A stretch of 64,000 nucleotides of DNA from Balanoglossus misakiensis. Lineage: Eukaryota > Animalia > Hemichordata. The stretch spans positions 7,071,129-7,135,128 of the forward strand of contig CM082576.2 in the NCBI GenBank assembly GCA_040954595.2, written 5' to 3'. Of this stretch, positions 37,701 through 50,249 are shown piece after piece. The position numbers and the translations under genes were made by a program. A model generated the notes under the pieces. The model did not search any database. It saw only the letters and a list, made by a program, of their open reading frames with translations, and was not told where the DNA came from. Position 1 is the stretch's first letter; each line of letters begins with the position of its first letter.

Positions 37701-38615
37701 TTTGTGTACATGCATGTAATGGTATTCATAAAAGATAGAAATTGTACTGGTACTAGCTCTGCGTGGCAGGGCTGGTTTGACCTAGTAAGCAAATTGAATT
37801 CCATCAATTTAATGTAAATGTAATATATGTGACATGTGCTACACATATACAAATCATAATCCATTTATCATTGTTATCAGCTCCTTAGGGGTAACCGCCT
37901 ACAATGTACAATGCATTCTGAACAAAGAATAGACCCTGGAGAGAGAAAAATGAATATCTCAATTCGTTTTCTTTTCACAGTAATTGTGCAAATACCCTTG
38001 ATAAAACGTTTATCATTCAAGGCCTTTTTAACTCAATTCTCACGAATCAGTGGTTAAAATTTATTGTTCGGACTCAGAAACCTGTCACACAATACAGGAT
38101 TGTACACATTTGAAAACAACTGGCTATATTTGAGACATGGAAGGTTTATAGCGAACACAGGATTATGCGGATATGATTCCACTTTTTTCGCCGACCTTGA
38201 TGCTGATTTGTAGATAATGACACGTATATAAGAGAGCAAAGTTTGGCAACAGAAACACTGATTTAATAGAACCTCCGAAGGTTTCAAAGCGTGGGTATTG
38301 TACTGTATGCTAATGTGCGCTAAAAATACATATAACTGTAACATTATGAGGTGTTGTAGTAATTATCAAGGAGCACGTGACGACACACTATTGTCTGAGA
38401 GGTGTCTACATGTGTAGGCTACACTTAAAGTTGCACCAATCTGTCTCTGTCGGTAATCGTGGCATTTTTGGTCGAATTACACCAGCATACGGCGATTATG
38501 CACAAATAAGGACGGTGTACACAGACGGAAGTAACACAACAACTATTCCCTAAACGATACGTAAAAACAATCAACAGTAATCCACGTCAAACCTTATATC
38601 CGTGGGCGCTGCCAT
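28703..38615 (-). CDS. GANAB: Neutral alpha-glucosidase AB (glucosidase II alpha, GH31), about 26 exons
   Basis: Exon 1 MAAPTDIR (38615-38593); exon 2 signal peptide plus [16 protein letters not shown] (approx. 37320-37219); [27 protein letters not shown], catalytic [32 protein letters not shown]; last exon [17 protein letters not shown] (stop 28705-28703). Confidence 0.96.
31591..31680 (-). ncRNA. Intronic box C/D snoRNA candidate, copy A
   Basis: Minus strand TGGGTTACTGT-GC-TGATGA(C)-TACTTCACGGTCTGTG-CTGA(D')-AACCTTTAAGCAGGGA-GTGATT(C')-GCACTTTTGTGATT-CTGA(D)-ACAGTAACCCA. Perfect 11-bp terminal stem; same orientation as host GANAB. Confidence 0.85.
32863..32940 (-). ncRNA. Intronic box C/D snoRNA candidate, copy B
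   Basis: Same boxes and guides as copy A in another GANAB intron; 5-bp terminal stem ACTGT/ACAGT; internal differences confined to the D'-C' spacer (ACCCTTTAAATAGGGA). Confidence 0.85.
35234..35326. mobile_element. Tiny piggyBac-like MITE in a GANAB intron
   Basis: TTAA-CCCT ... AGGG-TTAA termini with a partly degenerate TIR beyond the first bases; 93 bp including both TTAA. Confidence 0.6.
36108..36179 (-). CDS. GANAB: Putative 72-nt cassette exon of GANAB
   Basis: cag|ACTGATGACAAAA...ATGCCTGGAAG|gtgagt; phase 2-2, no stop; encodes [23 protein letters not shown] between EKSPR and the acidic NNPPVEEE exon. Confidence 0.7.
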
Positions 38616-38941
38616 CTTGTGTGGAACCTCCCGGATGGCGTTCCAGCTGGTTGAGAAGTTACCATTGGATGGCGCCCTCTTTGTCGAAAAGTTACAGCGG
38701 CATCGTGTGTATATATGAAAGTAAAAGTGTGAAATGTATGCTATAGTAAAGGTACATATGGCGAGATCTCTATAGAATAAGAGTAAAAAGTCTGTTTCGA
38801 CACAAAAAATAAGCCCTTATCAGTAAATTGATACGCGCAGAAGCGTTGAGAATGACCCGCGCAAGAAAAAAAACTGCTGCGGACCCCACCCCGGCGATCG
38901 TAACGAACGTCGCGGAGAATCCAGTCCTGAATCAACAGGTG
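38616..38941. promoter_or_regulatory. Putative bidirectional promoter shared by GANAB (-) and the PH-domain gene (+)
   Basis: GANAB ATG at 38615; a + strand donor (caggtg|gtaagc at 38941) about 330 bp away can splice to the acceptor two bases before the PH gene ATG (tgtag|ATATG, 39897); locally CpG-rich. Confidence 0.6.
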
Positions 38942-39898
38942 GTAAGCCTCAGCTTTATACTATAGTCGAAAACGTTACAGCTAATACATGGAGCTTTAAA
39001 AACCTCACATCTCACTCTATTCATGCTATTCTTTTCACTAAACTGAAAATGGCTAGTGGTTTTCTTTTGGCATATGACATATCACAGTCACGACATATAA
39101 AGTATCCGGTCACAACTTGTAATATGCGACTTTTTCATAATAAGTACATAATTATGTAAGTTTACTTTGTATTATTCAAGTTAAAATAAGTGTGCGTGCG
39201 TGCGTCCGCCGGCGGGCCGGGCCCATGTATCATGCAGACGTCAATCAATCAACAAAAACGACAAAACAAGTATCTTCCCTGTGGAGAGTAGAGAAACATT
39301 ATTGCTTTATGACTTCGTGGTTTTCTAGTAAACTTTATTTGATAATAGATACTTATTTTATAATTTCGGTTTTGCGCTCATAAGTTTTATATAGCAGAGT
39401 TCATTTGAAAGTACCCGGATGTTCAGCTGAGGAAAGGAAAACAAACACCCGAACATTGTTTTCCGTCTGTTGAAAGGGAAGGTACTCTAGTCCAGCCAAG
39501 ATGATATTGATTTGATAGTTGCTCGTTCGCAGTTGACTTCCAGATGTGAAAAGACGGTGCCTTTCGAAGGTTACACAGAAAAGAAGACTGACGTGCGATA
39601 AGAACCGTGTGACATGATCTGTGGAAGCTCGAATTCCGTCCAGACAGAAAGTAAGCTTGCGTTACTGCACACAACATGTATTGTATTTAGATGTACAACT
39701 ATGCTACCGGTAGTGTTATGGTGATGACCTCGACATGAACTTCTCAGATGAGGGCTAGAGGTGACCATTCCATGATCTCCGTGGTCTGACAGATATTTCA
39801 GACCAATGATGCCATGTAGTAAAGGTTGTGTTGCTATAGGTCAGTTTTGGTGGACACACAAAATTAAATATTATCATTTATATCATTAATATGTAGAT

Positions 39899-41606
39899 AT
39901 GTCTGGGACTTTGAAGAAAGGATATCTCAGACGCTATGGTAAGTTTATCATTGATAGTTGTATGCTCAGATTTTGGTCAGAGGTGCTGTTTTTAATGCAC
40001 ATCAGATGTATGTTATCCATGTATTACCCAGTAGCTTGTCAACATCGGTATCTCTATAATCCTTACAAAACAATGGCTTGTACTTGCAGGAGGATTTCTG
40101 TTTAAAAGTTGGAAAAAACGCTACATGGTGTTGTATCAAGATGGACAGTTTGCCTGGTACGAAAATCCGGGAGGATCCAGGGAAAGCCTCGTCAACATCA
40201 AACAGGAAGTCTCCATGCTGAGGATCGGAGGGCAGTGCGCGTCAGATGCGCCGAAGCTACCCTCATCGAGGGACAGAATAGATTACATGTTTGCCATGAC
40301 CGTGGTCGGAGGAAAGACTCATTTCTTTCTGGCAGTTGACCAAGAGGAGTTAGTGTGAGTTTGATGCTGTAATTTGCTTGTCAGACTAAAGGTGGCATGC
40401 ATTGTCTGCCAAAGCAAAGCAAACCGTGATAAACTGAAGAAAAGGCTCATTTCAAGTTTTTCTAGCTCAATGAATAAGAATCATGTTAATTCTGAGAACG
40501 ATTCCTGTATACAATTTCTTTTGTACATAGGCTGTATGTATACACTGAGATAACCAATCAATCATTGAATCACTTTCTCACTCAACTGATGGAATGTGTT
40601 AAAATAAATTTTTCCCAATTTTAGGAGCTGGCTACAGGCCTTCCATCAAGCAAGGGGACTCCCTCCTCCAGGCCAAGCCCCTCAAGGTCAAGGTCAAGGT
40701 CAACCGGGTGGTCCCGGAATGCCACAACCCCAGCAGCCTGGAGCCCCACCACCAGGGTTTGTTCCAGGTGTTACCCAAGGTAGGAATTCACACAGAAATA
40801 TTCCTGTCACAGTGTCAGGAAATGTGTGCTTTGTGTGTCTTGCTTTGGCTGTATATTTTAGAGAAGAAACATTTTTAAAGTATAAAAATGAGTCTGATGA
40901 GCCACTGGTATGAATTTGTACCGTGTTATTATTGTAGTTGTCTGTGTTTCATTTACAGAGAGTCTTCATTGTATCATATTTGTATTTGTGTGTATGTTTG
41001 ATTAAATTCCTAAACTCAAATTATGTTCTAGGTCAACAACCTCCCCCATACTCCCAGCCACAATATGGACAACAAGCAGGCCAGCCGTACCCCCAGCAGC
41101 AGCAGCAAGCAGGCAGGGCATACCCAGTCCAACGAGGTGGGCCTGTCAGGCAAGGAGGGCAGCAGACTGTGATAGTGCAGGGTGACAGGGGTGGCGGCAG
41201 AGACGATGGCTTTGCCACTGGGATGCTGATGGGCTATGGTATGGGCATGGGTTACGGGTATGGGTACGGTTGGGGTATGGGTCCCGGTTTAGGGTACGGA
41301 TGGGGACATCACCACTATGGTGGTCATCATCATCATCACGACCACCATCACGACCATCATCATGACCATCAGCACGATGGAGCTGTGGATCAGTATGGCG
41401 GGCAGGATCAAGGAGGACAGGACTACGGGGGACAAGATTATGGTGGAGGGGCTGACTATGGAGGAGGGGACTACGGCGGTGGGGATTATGGTGGGGGCGA
41501 TTTTGGAGGGGGAGATTTCGGAGGAGGGGATTTTGGTGGGGGAGATTTTGGAGGTGGGGACTTCGGAGGGGGAGATTTCGGAGGTGACTTTGGGGGTGAT
41601 TTTTAA
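39899..41606 (+). CDS. PH-domain protein, evectin/PLEKHB-like, with Pro/Gln-, His- and Gly-Asp-Phe-rich C-terminus (4 coding exons)
   Basis: Exons 39899-39938, 40090-40354, 40625-40779, 41032-41606. PH: LKKGYLRRYGGFLFKSWKKRYMVLYQDGQFAWYE...HFFLAVDQEELVSWLQAF; then PPPY, DDGFATGMLMG, His tract, (GGGD[YF])n. Confidence 0.85.
41395..41603 (+). repeat. Coding ~15-bp minisatellite encoding GGGD[YF] repeats
   Basis: About 13 units of ggn ggn ggn gay t[at]y directly before the stop codon. Confidence 0.9.
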
Positions 41607-44600
41607 ATCACATTTTATGCATGCTGGGGTAAATGTCACATGGAGAATTTTATCAGATTTACACATAATATTTATACTTTTGCAAACCGATACTTTTTAC
41701 GAGAGATATTCTGCCGGATTTGGTCTGAGTATTTAGTCTAGGGACTAGTGGATTGGGCTCTATCTGTCTGTCCTGTTTCTCCAGAGGTCATACACAGACA
41801 TGAATGTCAGTTAGTGTTGCGATATGATCTAATATGGCTGCTGGGCAAAGTCCATGTGTCTAAATTGATGTGTCACTTAAAGGTGATCACTGTACAACAT
41901 GATTGCATAAGAAGAAAGAACCAAAGGCAACACGTTATGTTGAAAATGGCAATTTTTTATTGGAACATTACCATTTTTAGAACTTAAGTGCAAAAAATAC
42001 AATTTTATGTCTGATGCGAATAAACTTTTAATGTATTATTAAATGCAATGTCACAACAATGGAAATCACCCTCTGTACTTACCTATTATGTCACAAATCA
42101 TTATTTGAAAAATCCCAGATCAACTAAATATTCATATCATACAAATGTGGATAGCTTCGTATTTACAACAATTTAAAATCTTCAAAGGGACGACAATGTA
42201 TTTATGTTTTTGGAGTCTTGGATCTTTCACTTTTAATTGTGTGTCACTGTCATAGTGTAATGGCGGAGAAGTGAATCGTGTAAATAATTATGACTGTATA
42301 AAGTACTTATTTGTGCTTTACTGTCATCGTTGTGAGTTTGTCTGTGATGTAATGTTGTGCGAGTTTTGTACAGTTGTAATGATCCAAGTCTGAAGGCTTA
42401 CAATTCGGACCTAATTATGTTAAATGTTGTATATGTGTACATACAGGGCAATCATGCAAAATTGTGTACTTAGAAATAGAAAATATAGCTATCCCTTCAA
42501 TGGTTATTTATACATTCCTGATCTGTCAGGCAACCAATATAATCAAACTTTAGTGCACACCTGATGATGGATGTGTAAGCTATGCTGTCACAGTGCAATT
42601 GGTGTTTGATGTAACTTTGGTCAAGTCAGAAATATACTCTTTTTTTTGTATATGAAAATAAATGTCTTTGTCTAAAATTTTCTCAAGCCGTGTCTCTATT
42701 GTACATAAATTCAAATTTGAGCTGTCCAAAATGGGACTGTGTTGTGGTCTAAGTAATTCTTGGCAGTAGCTACAGGTACTTGCACAAGTGTTGATCATGT
42801 TGAATATGTTTTTGTTGTTGAACTTACCGTACCTGCCTGTGATAGACACTGAATTTCGCTTATGGCCTAACTGATTGAGTGAGAGCGCCCCCAGTGTCTT
42901 GAATTAATCCAACAACTTGCTTGCTTGATGTGATAATTTTATATCAATACAAAATTATTATTCAAGATACACGTTATATTATCCATTTCAGCTACTGAAC
43001 ACATGATTTCAGTTGTTGGGTTTATCCATCGTTTTCTCAAGAATGAATTTGACTAAGTGATATTTTCCCACCATTGTGATGTTCGTGACTGCGGAGATTT
43101 ATATGTTAGACCGTCAGCTGCACAATGACCTTTCCAGCACATCACGTGAGAAAGGAAATTGGACAAAAAAAATCTGCTCTCTGCCCTTGATGAGTGAGAA
43201 ACTAAGTGACTTGCAGCACACCAATATGGTGGGTGTTATTTGTCACGAAATGCTTTCTATACAAAAGAAGGGGTGTTAGATTAACCACAACATCGGTTCA
43301 AGTATGGAGCATGCATGGAACCTTGACCGTCATCTATTAAACTCTATTAAAATCACCGTATTGTTATATCTTTAGTACGGTATATTTAAGTGCATTGTGG
43401 CAGTCAGGTTTCAGAATACATGACTGCATTGCCAAGCTGAGGTGTATGGCAGTGGTAAGCATTCACCTTCACTCTCATATATTTTTAAACTTCTCACAAC
43501 TACACATTTTTAACTTCACAATTTGGAATTCAGTTTTACTCATCAGGTGAACTTAAATATTACCATAAAAATAGCAATGTGAACTGACTGGAGAAAACTG
43601 GTAGAAAATTGACTGACTGAAATAAAATGAACAACGCATTGTCAGTATACTACACATTAAAATATTTATTTGTCAACATATACATATGGTATGCACTAAA
43701 ATGAAACTGAATAAATTTTCATCCCAGTGAAATATTCATTAATACACTTCTGAACTATGCAGCTTTCTGTACACCTATAAGTGTTCTTGTAATATAAAAT
43801 ATAACAAATTACTTGTGAACTTTAGTAGTCAACATAGACTTTATTTGGGAAAATTACAAAGATAAGGCTTCTTGATCATGTAAATTTCAGATCCTGACGG
43901 ACAAGTATTTAAGAATTTGTGCTTTGCCTATATCCTACGACAATGTGGACAGAAATACGTGCAGTTGAAAATATCCCCAAATATACACATACTGTACACT
44001 GTGTCAAACTATGTTTAAATCTACATACATGTAGGTGACTCCCAACCTTTGATTATCAACAGTTGTTTACAGTCCTGAGTATTAAAAATACATGTGAGGA
44101 TCAAAGTAAGGTGGGGGATTAATGGCATTTCAAATGGTGAACATTTAAAGTGTTTTAGCAGCAGGAAATACGGATCCACAACTTTAAGGCAAGGAAACGG
44201 TTCAGCATCATAGATTAGACAGGAAACTGTAAACAGGGGTGATTTTGTACACTCCAATGACAGTCAGTCTCATATGGTGCGATCATCTGCAGGTGTTGCA
44301 CCGGCGTCAAGGAAATTGAGATACGAGATAATATTTCTTTCTACCAAATTCAAGCTGCGCCACAGAAAGAAACGCTCACAAAACTGATAAAATTACTGTA
44401 CACTGCCAGATTGATGTCTCTTACATTTACAAAATTTAATATCGTACTGAAAACCATCGCAATTCTTGGTATATTAATATCAAAATCTAAGGCAGAAAAG
44501 GTGTTGGATTGTTGGAGGGAATGAAAAGGACGGATATCACATCTCATTCAGATTTAGCCATACAACGATATGAATATCGTATTTTGCAGAAGAATTACAT

Positions 44601-45448
44601 CTCAGAGGTCATATGAAAGATACTCCTGTAGACACGGCTTAAATCCACATCAAAATGTCAAAAAGCTAAAAGAACGTGATAAAGTTTGAAAGTGACTATG
44701 ATATTGATGATGAAATTGCAAAAGGACCAACTCTGCAGAGACTATGGCCAATCTATAAGTTGCTGCAGATGGAGGGGTTACAGAACCATGTCAATGTAAC
44801 AGGTCCTGCTTCACTCACCAACACTACATATACACACAGATGTCTTGGCACCATGGAAATCATGTGTAATTACCTCTGTGGTTAATGATAGTATCAGAAC
44901 CACAGGCACTGTATATTTGTATCATTTGGCAAGAAAAAAATACACTGAAAAAGCTGTCTTCGAACAGAAAATGATCTCATTTTGGTTAACCTGATTGATA
45001 TTTTAAAATTTCCTCTCAGCAAATAAATGACAGACATCCTGATAAATAATTGGTAGAACTTAAGACTTTACAAGGAAATCCAAATTATTGCAGACAAGAT
45101 TACATGTCAGTAGAACAGCACTGGTTAATGTGTATATTCTGATTTCGAATACTCAACACAATAATAACTTTTTCACTGAAATGATTGTTACAATAAACTG
45201 ATCAGATGACTTGGGCTGAACATAAATCAGAGCACCCAAAAAGTTAGCCCATCTCTCACATGATGTTTCTGCTCTGCACTGTAGATACATAATCACATTG
45301 AGCGAGATTGTTTTCCCCAAATACTGATCCTTCCCATTTGTCCTTCATGCATGACTTGAAAACAGTGGAGAGAGGATAACCATGGTGATAGGTGAATTGC
45401 TGAAATTATGTCAGCTCTTCTTTCATCCCTTTGCCTGTTCTCTCTTTG

Positions 45449-48400
45449 TTATTCATATTCTGGTATACCAAGATCCACTCTGAGTTGCTCCATTAGTCTG
45501 TGCATGCGACGCTGTACAGGGTGAAACATACAACAGAAACCTCAAACACTGTCAGGGGTACTATAGAAAGTGCATTAAAAATGTACGTCTATTCATCAGG
45601 CTAGAAAACCACACAAAGAAAAGGAACATTGGAAAAAGTAGTGAAAGGAACAATTTTGATATCCAGAAGTAATTAGTTCAATTACTGAAAACGATGTAAA
45701 GGTTGTGAAGTAAATGATATGTAAATGACATAGCTGTCTTTTGTGATCCACAAAATATACTTCAAAGGGAATATATTTCTTGTGTGTCATTTTTTTTAAT
45801 TCTACCTCGCCCACACCATTGCCTACCTCATCCAGCTTTCCTCGGTTTCTTTCAATGTGCTTCTCAAAGATCTGTTTAAGGACTCTGTTGGAGTAGATTC
45901 CACGGTTCAAGACATCGTTGGTCACGTCGGTGACAAACTCCAAGTATTTCAACTCTTCTTCCCTATAGTCAGAGATACACACAGAAAATATATACAGTGA
46001 CTAATGAACTCGGGGTGATTATACACCAGCAAGGGTCTGGTACGGATGATGATTCATCCTAGAGGAAGGGAGATTTACCAGCTGTTCATCACTGCTTGGA
46101 AACTTCAACATGAACATTTTTACGACTCTTTCATTGATTTCTCTCTCTCTCTCTCTAAATGCCAGTCGTTCCAATTTAATGGTCAGAAAGCTCTTTTCTT
46201 ATTTTGGGAATGCATCAGATGGCTGGAATAGACGAAGCTTATTCCATAAAGTCTGATTTGTGTTCTGTTTAATTGGAAACTGTAGTATTTTATGCTCATA
46301 TTTTATGATTTATTAGAAACACGTACATTATTACATGTATTTGTTTTCTTGGAGCCAATTCAACAATATAAAGAATATAAAGACTAATTGCATATGAAGA
46401 CAGATGCAAATGTTTATTAACTCTGTTTGATACTTACTCTTCCTTGACTTTTGCATTACTCAGTCTCCTTGCATAGCTGACAATGAAACAAAATAACAGA
46501 AAATTGATATTTACCGCTAATGTTAAAACTAGAAGTATCCAGCAGAGAGCACACAGATATTCTCCATCAGATGATGACAAATGGGAACTTCATCATCATC
46601 CATCTGGGGTTCAAAGATGGAACGTTTGATCACAAGTTCAATGATAGCAACATTCATCATTCATTGAGCAGTCGGCACATTCAAACAATACATATATAAT
46701 CAAATAAAAATGATTGGATTGTTCGTAGAAAGAAATTGGGTGAAAAGATTGAAAAGCAGGTGTACATATAGGTTTAGACTTCCTGACCTGAGGTAGGGTC
46801 TTGTACTGGTGTGTTTTACACTGTAACTTGGATCCCTATCAATCTCACTCCTCATGGTTGTAAATGCTTTAGTATCATTCATTCCGTCCGAGTCCGGCCC
46901 CTTCATCGTAAATGCTTTGGTGCGACCCAATCCGTCGGACTTCATCGTCGACGACTCATCAACGCCGTCCATCATGTAGTCGTCGTATTCTGCCGTTTCG
47001 TTGAGATTCATGGCCGCCACGTGCTTGGCCTGCTCTTCCACCCACTTGGCGTGGTCCTCGTCTCTTCGGATTTTAAGGGTCGGTACCAGGGTTTTCTTGG
47101 TCTTCTCGATGTCACTGTATCTCATGGTTGCGTTCAGTGCCAGGTTGGTACTCGCAGTTCTGTGGGGGCAAAAGCGAGAAGAAACTGCTCAGAAGATGCC
47201 AAACACCAAAACTTACAAACACATGCCATTTTTTTTAAATGAACCTATCTTTACAAACTTAAAAAGTTTTCTAATGGAAATCTCATGAGACCAGCCAAAG
47301 CCAGTTTAAAACTTCAATGCATTATGTGGGGAAGATTTGCATCAAATACCTCTCTTGTTCTCCATTGTATTCTGGAGCTGAATAACCAGTAGACAGGAAT
47401 TCACTGTCTTTGGTTTCACCGAGCTTCGCTTCCTTCTTCTCGGGTTTCCTCTTGGGCGGATTATAGTTTTTGGATTGTGCTATCTTGGATTGGGCCTCCC
47501 TTTTCAGCGTCCTTGGCGTGTACGGCTGCGCCGGTTCCTTGAACTTGTGCCGGGACGTGTCGAGGAGATCCATCCTGTCCCACTTCATCGTCGATGAGGG
47601 GGGACGGTCTTCTTGCGGTGTTTGGGTTCTGGTTGGCCATTCGGGAGGAACTGCGGATCTGGTAGTTCGAGGCGTCTTGTATGCGCTGGGGGAGTGTCGG
47701 GTGTCCGCTACCATGTCGTTCACAAAGTCATATTCAAAGTCTGTCAGATGCTGGAGAAAAATAAACAGAGGGATCTTTGAAATATGAAAACAAGAAATCA
47801 ATAAAACCCAGAGGATCATTTGAACTGAATAGTCAAACAATTTGACGAAGGTCACCAATCAGCCAAACAACCCTAATGTTGCTTGTTACTGACATATGTG
47901 CATTCATTTCATGCAAGGTAACAATGTCAAGTGTGTGAGGTTGTGACATATGAACTTCCATACATTTGAACAAAAGAGTCCCATTTATGCACTTGATATT
48001 TCATATTATTTACACATTCTATTCCACACTTTTCAAGGTTTTCAAGCAAGCTGTCGTGTATTTAAAAGGACACATACATCAGGCTTGTGTTGACAGATTA
48101 GGTTGTTTACTCTGAGTGTGTACATCCATTAGAACTTGAAATGCTCTAGTTCTCAGTTTTTGCACTGAACATTTCCAGCCTCACTGTGTTATTCCAAACA
48201 ATGCATCACTATGCACAGACCAGCTGTCGTCATCTCTGAGTTACAGTTCAATCACATACCCTCTCATAGTCATCTCGGAGTCGTGATGATCTTGGTGGTG
48301 TATAGTCACATGATGCTCTTGAACTTGCCCTTGAACTCATCCTCGACTGCCTCTCCAGTTCCCTTCTCCTCTGTCGGTCCCTTGCTGTGAGAGGGGAGGC

Positions 48401-50249
48401 AAAGGGGAGTAAAAGAAAATACGTATACTGTAGGCTAGCACTCAGCAGCAGTACACAAAGTACAGTTCAGAACCTTCTCAATGATCTCAATGAAACTTAT
48501 GTGACTGTATAAATAATAAATCAATGGCTCAGTTTAACAATCAGAGCAAAAAACATGAGTTAGTCTCCTTGGAGAGCAAATAGAACCGAGTTCACTCATG
48601 GCAGAATTTACATGTTTGCAGTGATGGATGTGTAATGTGTACACTTCAAGAGCCAGATGTTGGGAGTTTCACATGCTCATACATAGCTTAAAACATACAT
48701 TATTCGCACTTTAACTATTTTATTTAAGATAATTCTTTGCGGAGTGTTTCCCTGACACTTTTATCAACACAGCACACTCCTGTGTGCTTTGACCTCAGTA
48801 AACACTGGACAAGGAATTTCTACTTTCACATTCTGTGACTTACTTTTTGTACTGATCTGCATTGACTTTGGTGGTTTGGTATCTACAACAGCTGTAGAGA
48901 ACAAAATATGCAACTGTTATACACTTAGCGTCAACAGTGTTTTTTCCAAAAAAAAAGAGGAAAACTCTCTTCCACCCTCACAATTTTATTATTTCACTCC
49001 TGTATTGATGCAGTTTTGGCGTCTACTTATCAGCTTTAACAAGTGTGCAGAAATGCACTGCTCTTGAAAACTCACAAAGGTCATTTTTTGATGTCGCCTT
49101 TCATTGGGATCCTTTTTTTAATGCAATCATCAGCCAATCCAATTTCTCACCTTTTGCACTGTTTACTCGTCTGTAATGTGACGTCATCTGATCTTGTACC
49201 AGGTATTGATTGCTTAGTCTTGTTGAGGTGGCAGCCAAGGCTGTGTGTCAGTGCCATTATCAAATATAAAATAATTGTACGTTACCATTCATGCTAAAAC
49301 TAACATTTTATGAAAAGCCCCCTTTTTATGAATCAGCAAATTAACCAATACAAATATCATGGATGTTGACAGATATTGATGGTCAGGACCATAATAGAGT
49401 GATTACATGACCACTCTGTGACTTCAGAAAAATTATTATACATGTAGCTACTTGAAACATAACTTACGACTGCTTTTTAGGGCCATGTGACCCTTGAAAG
49501 GTCCCTTCAAACCATAGCTGTCCACTGATGGACCTGCAACAAATAAATTGTTATTCACACTTGATGGCCCAATTTGAAAATTTTATTTTGTCTTATATTT
49601 TTATTGAAATTTTATATATAGCAATAACATTTATATGTGATTGCTTTAAAAGGTCACGATTTCATAATGTACCAGGTAGTTGGGTACAGCTGAATTTAAA
49701 ATTTCAAAAAATCAATGTTTTCGTTGTTCTGCTGGAAATACAATGATGCTTATGTAACGGATAATCAATCAAAAACCCCTGTCTGTCCATGGCTCCCAGG
49801 GTCTACCAGTAAGACCGTTCTAAGAAGGTGCTCCTTCAACTAAAGCGTGACTGTATTTATATGTCAACAAAACTTGCAATACACACGTAATTTACGTAAA
49901 TTTGGTTGTCATCAAACATAGGGTAGCGCGGTGTATTTTGTTCCACAACCGACAAACCCACTCGGTAATGATCATGATGACGAGTTTGTTGTGGGTTTTC
50001 ACAAACACATCCATTTGAACGCCATGCCTGTGACATGTAGTGCGATTTAATAACAGAATAAACTGCTAGAAGCCGGTGTGAGTGATTCGATGCACACTTG
50101 CGCGTCCTCTTGTTGCTATAGTGAAACTGGAAGTAGTAGAACGGAAAGGAGAACGGGTCCAATAAATTGGTTAAATGTGGTTAGGAATGGTCATCTGTGT
50201 CGCCGATAAATGCAAACACTTCCCACTCACCACTATTCCTATCCTGCAT
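45449..50249 (-). CDS. SPATA7: Spermatogenesis-associated protein 7 homolog (ciliary), about 10 exons
   Basis: Exons include MQDRNS (50249-50231), GPFKGHMALKSS (~49533-49468), STRLSNQYLVQDQMTSHYRRVNSAK (49240-49151), AVVDTKPPKSM, PYTPRTLK, REEELKYLEFVTDVTNDVLNRGIYSNRVLKQIFEKHI, and RRMHRLMEQLRVDLGIPEYE*; these match SPATA7 blocks as recalled. Confidence 0.88.

Noticed and set aside
41289-41736. Alternative-frame repetitive ORFs (EGEIS/PSEIS repeats)
   Set aside because: Off-frame and antisense readings of the GGGDF minisatellite.
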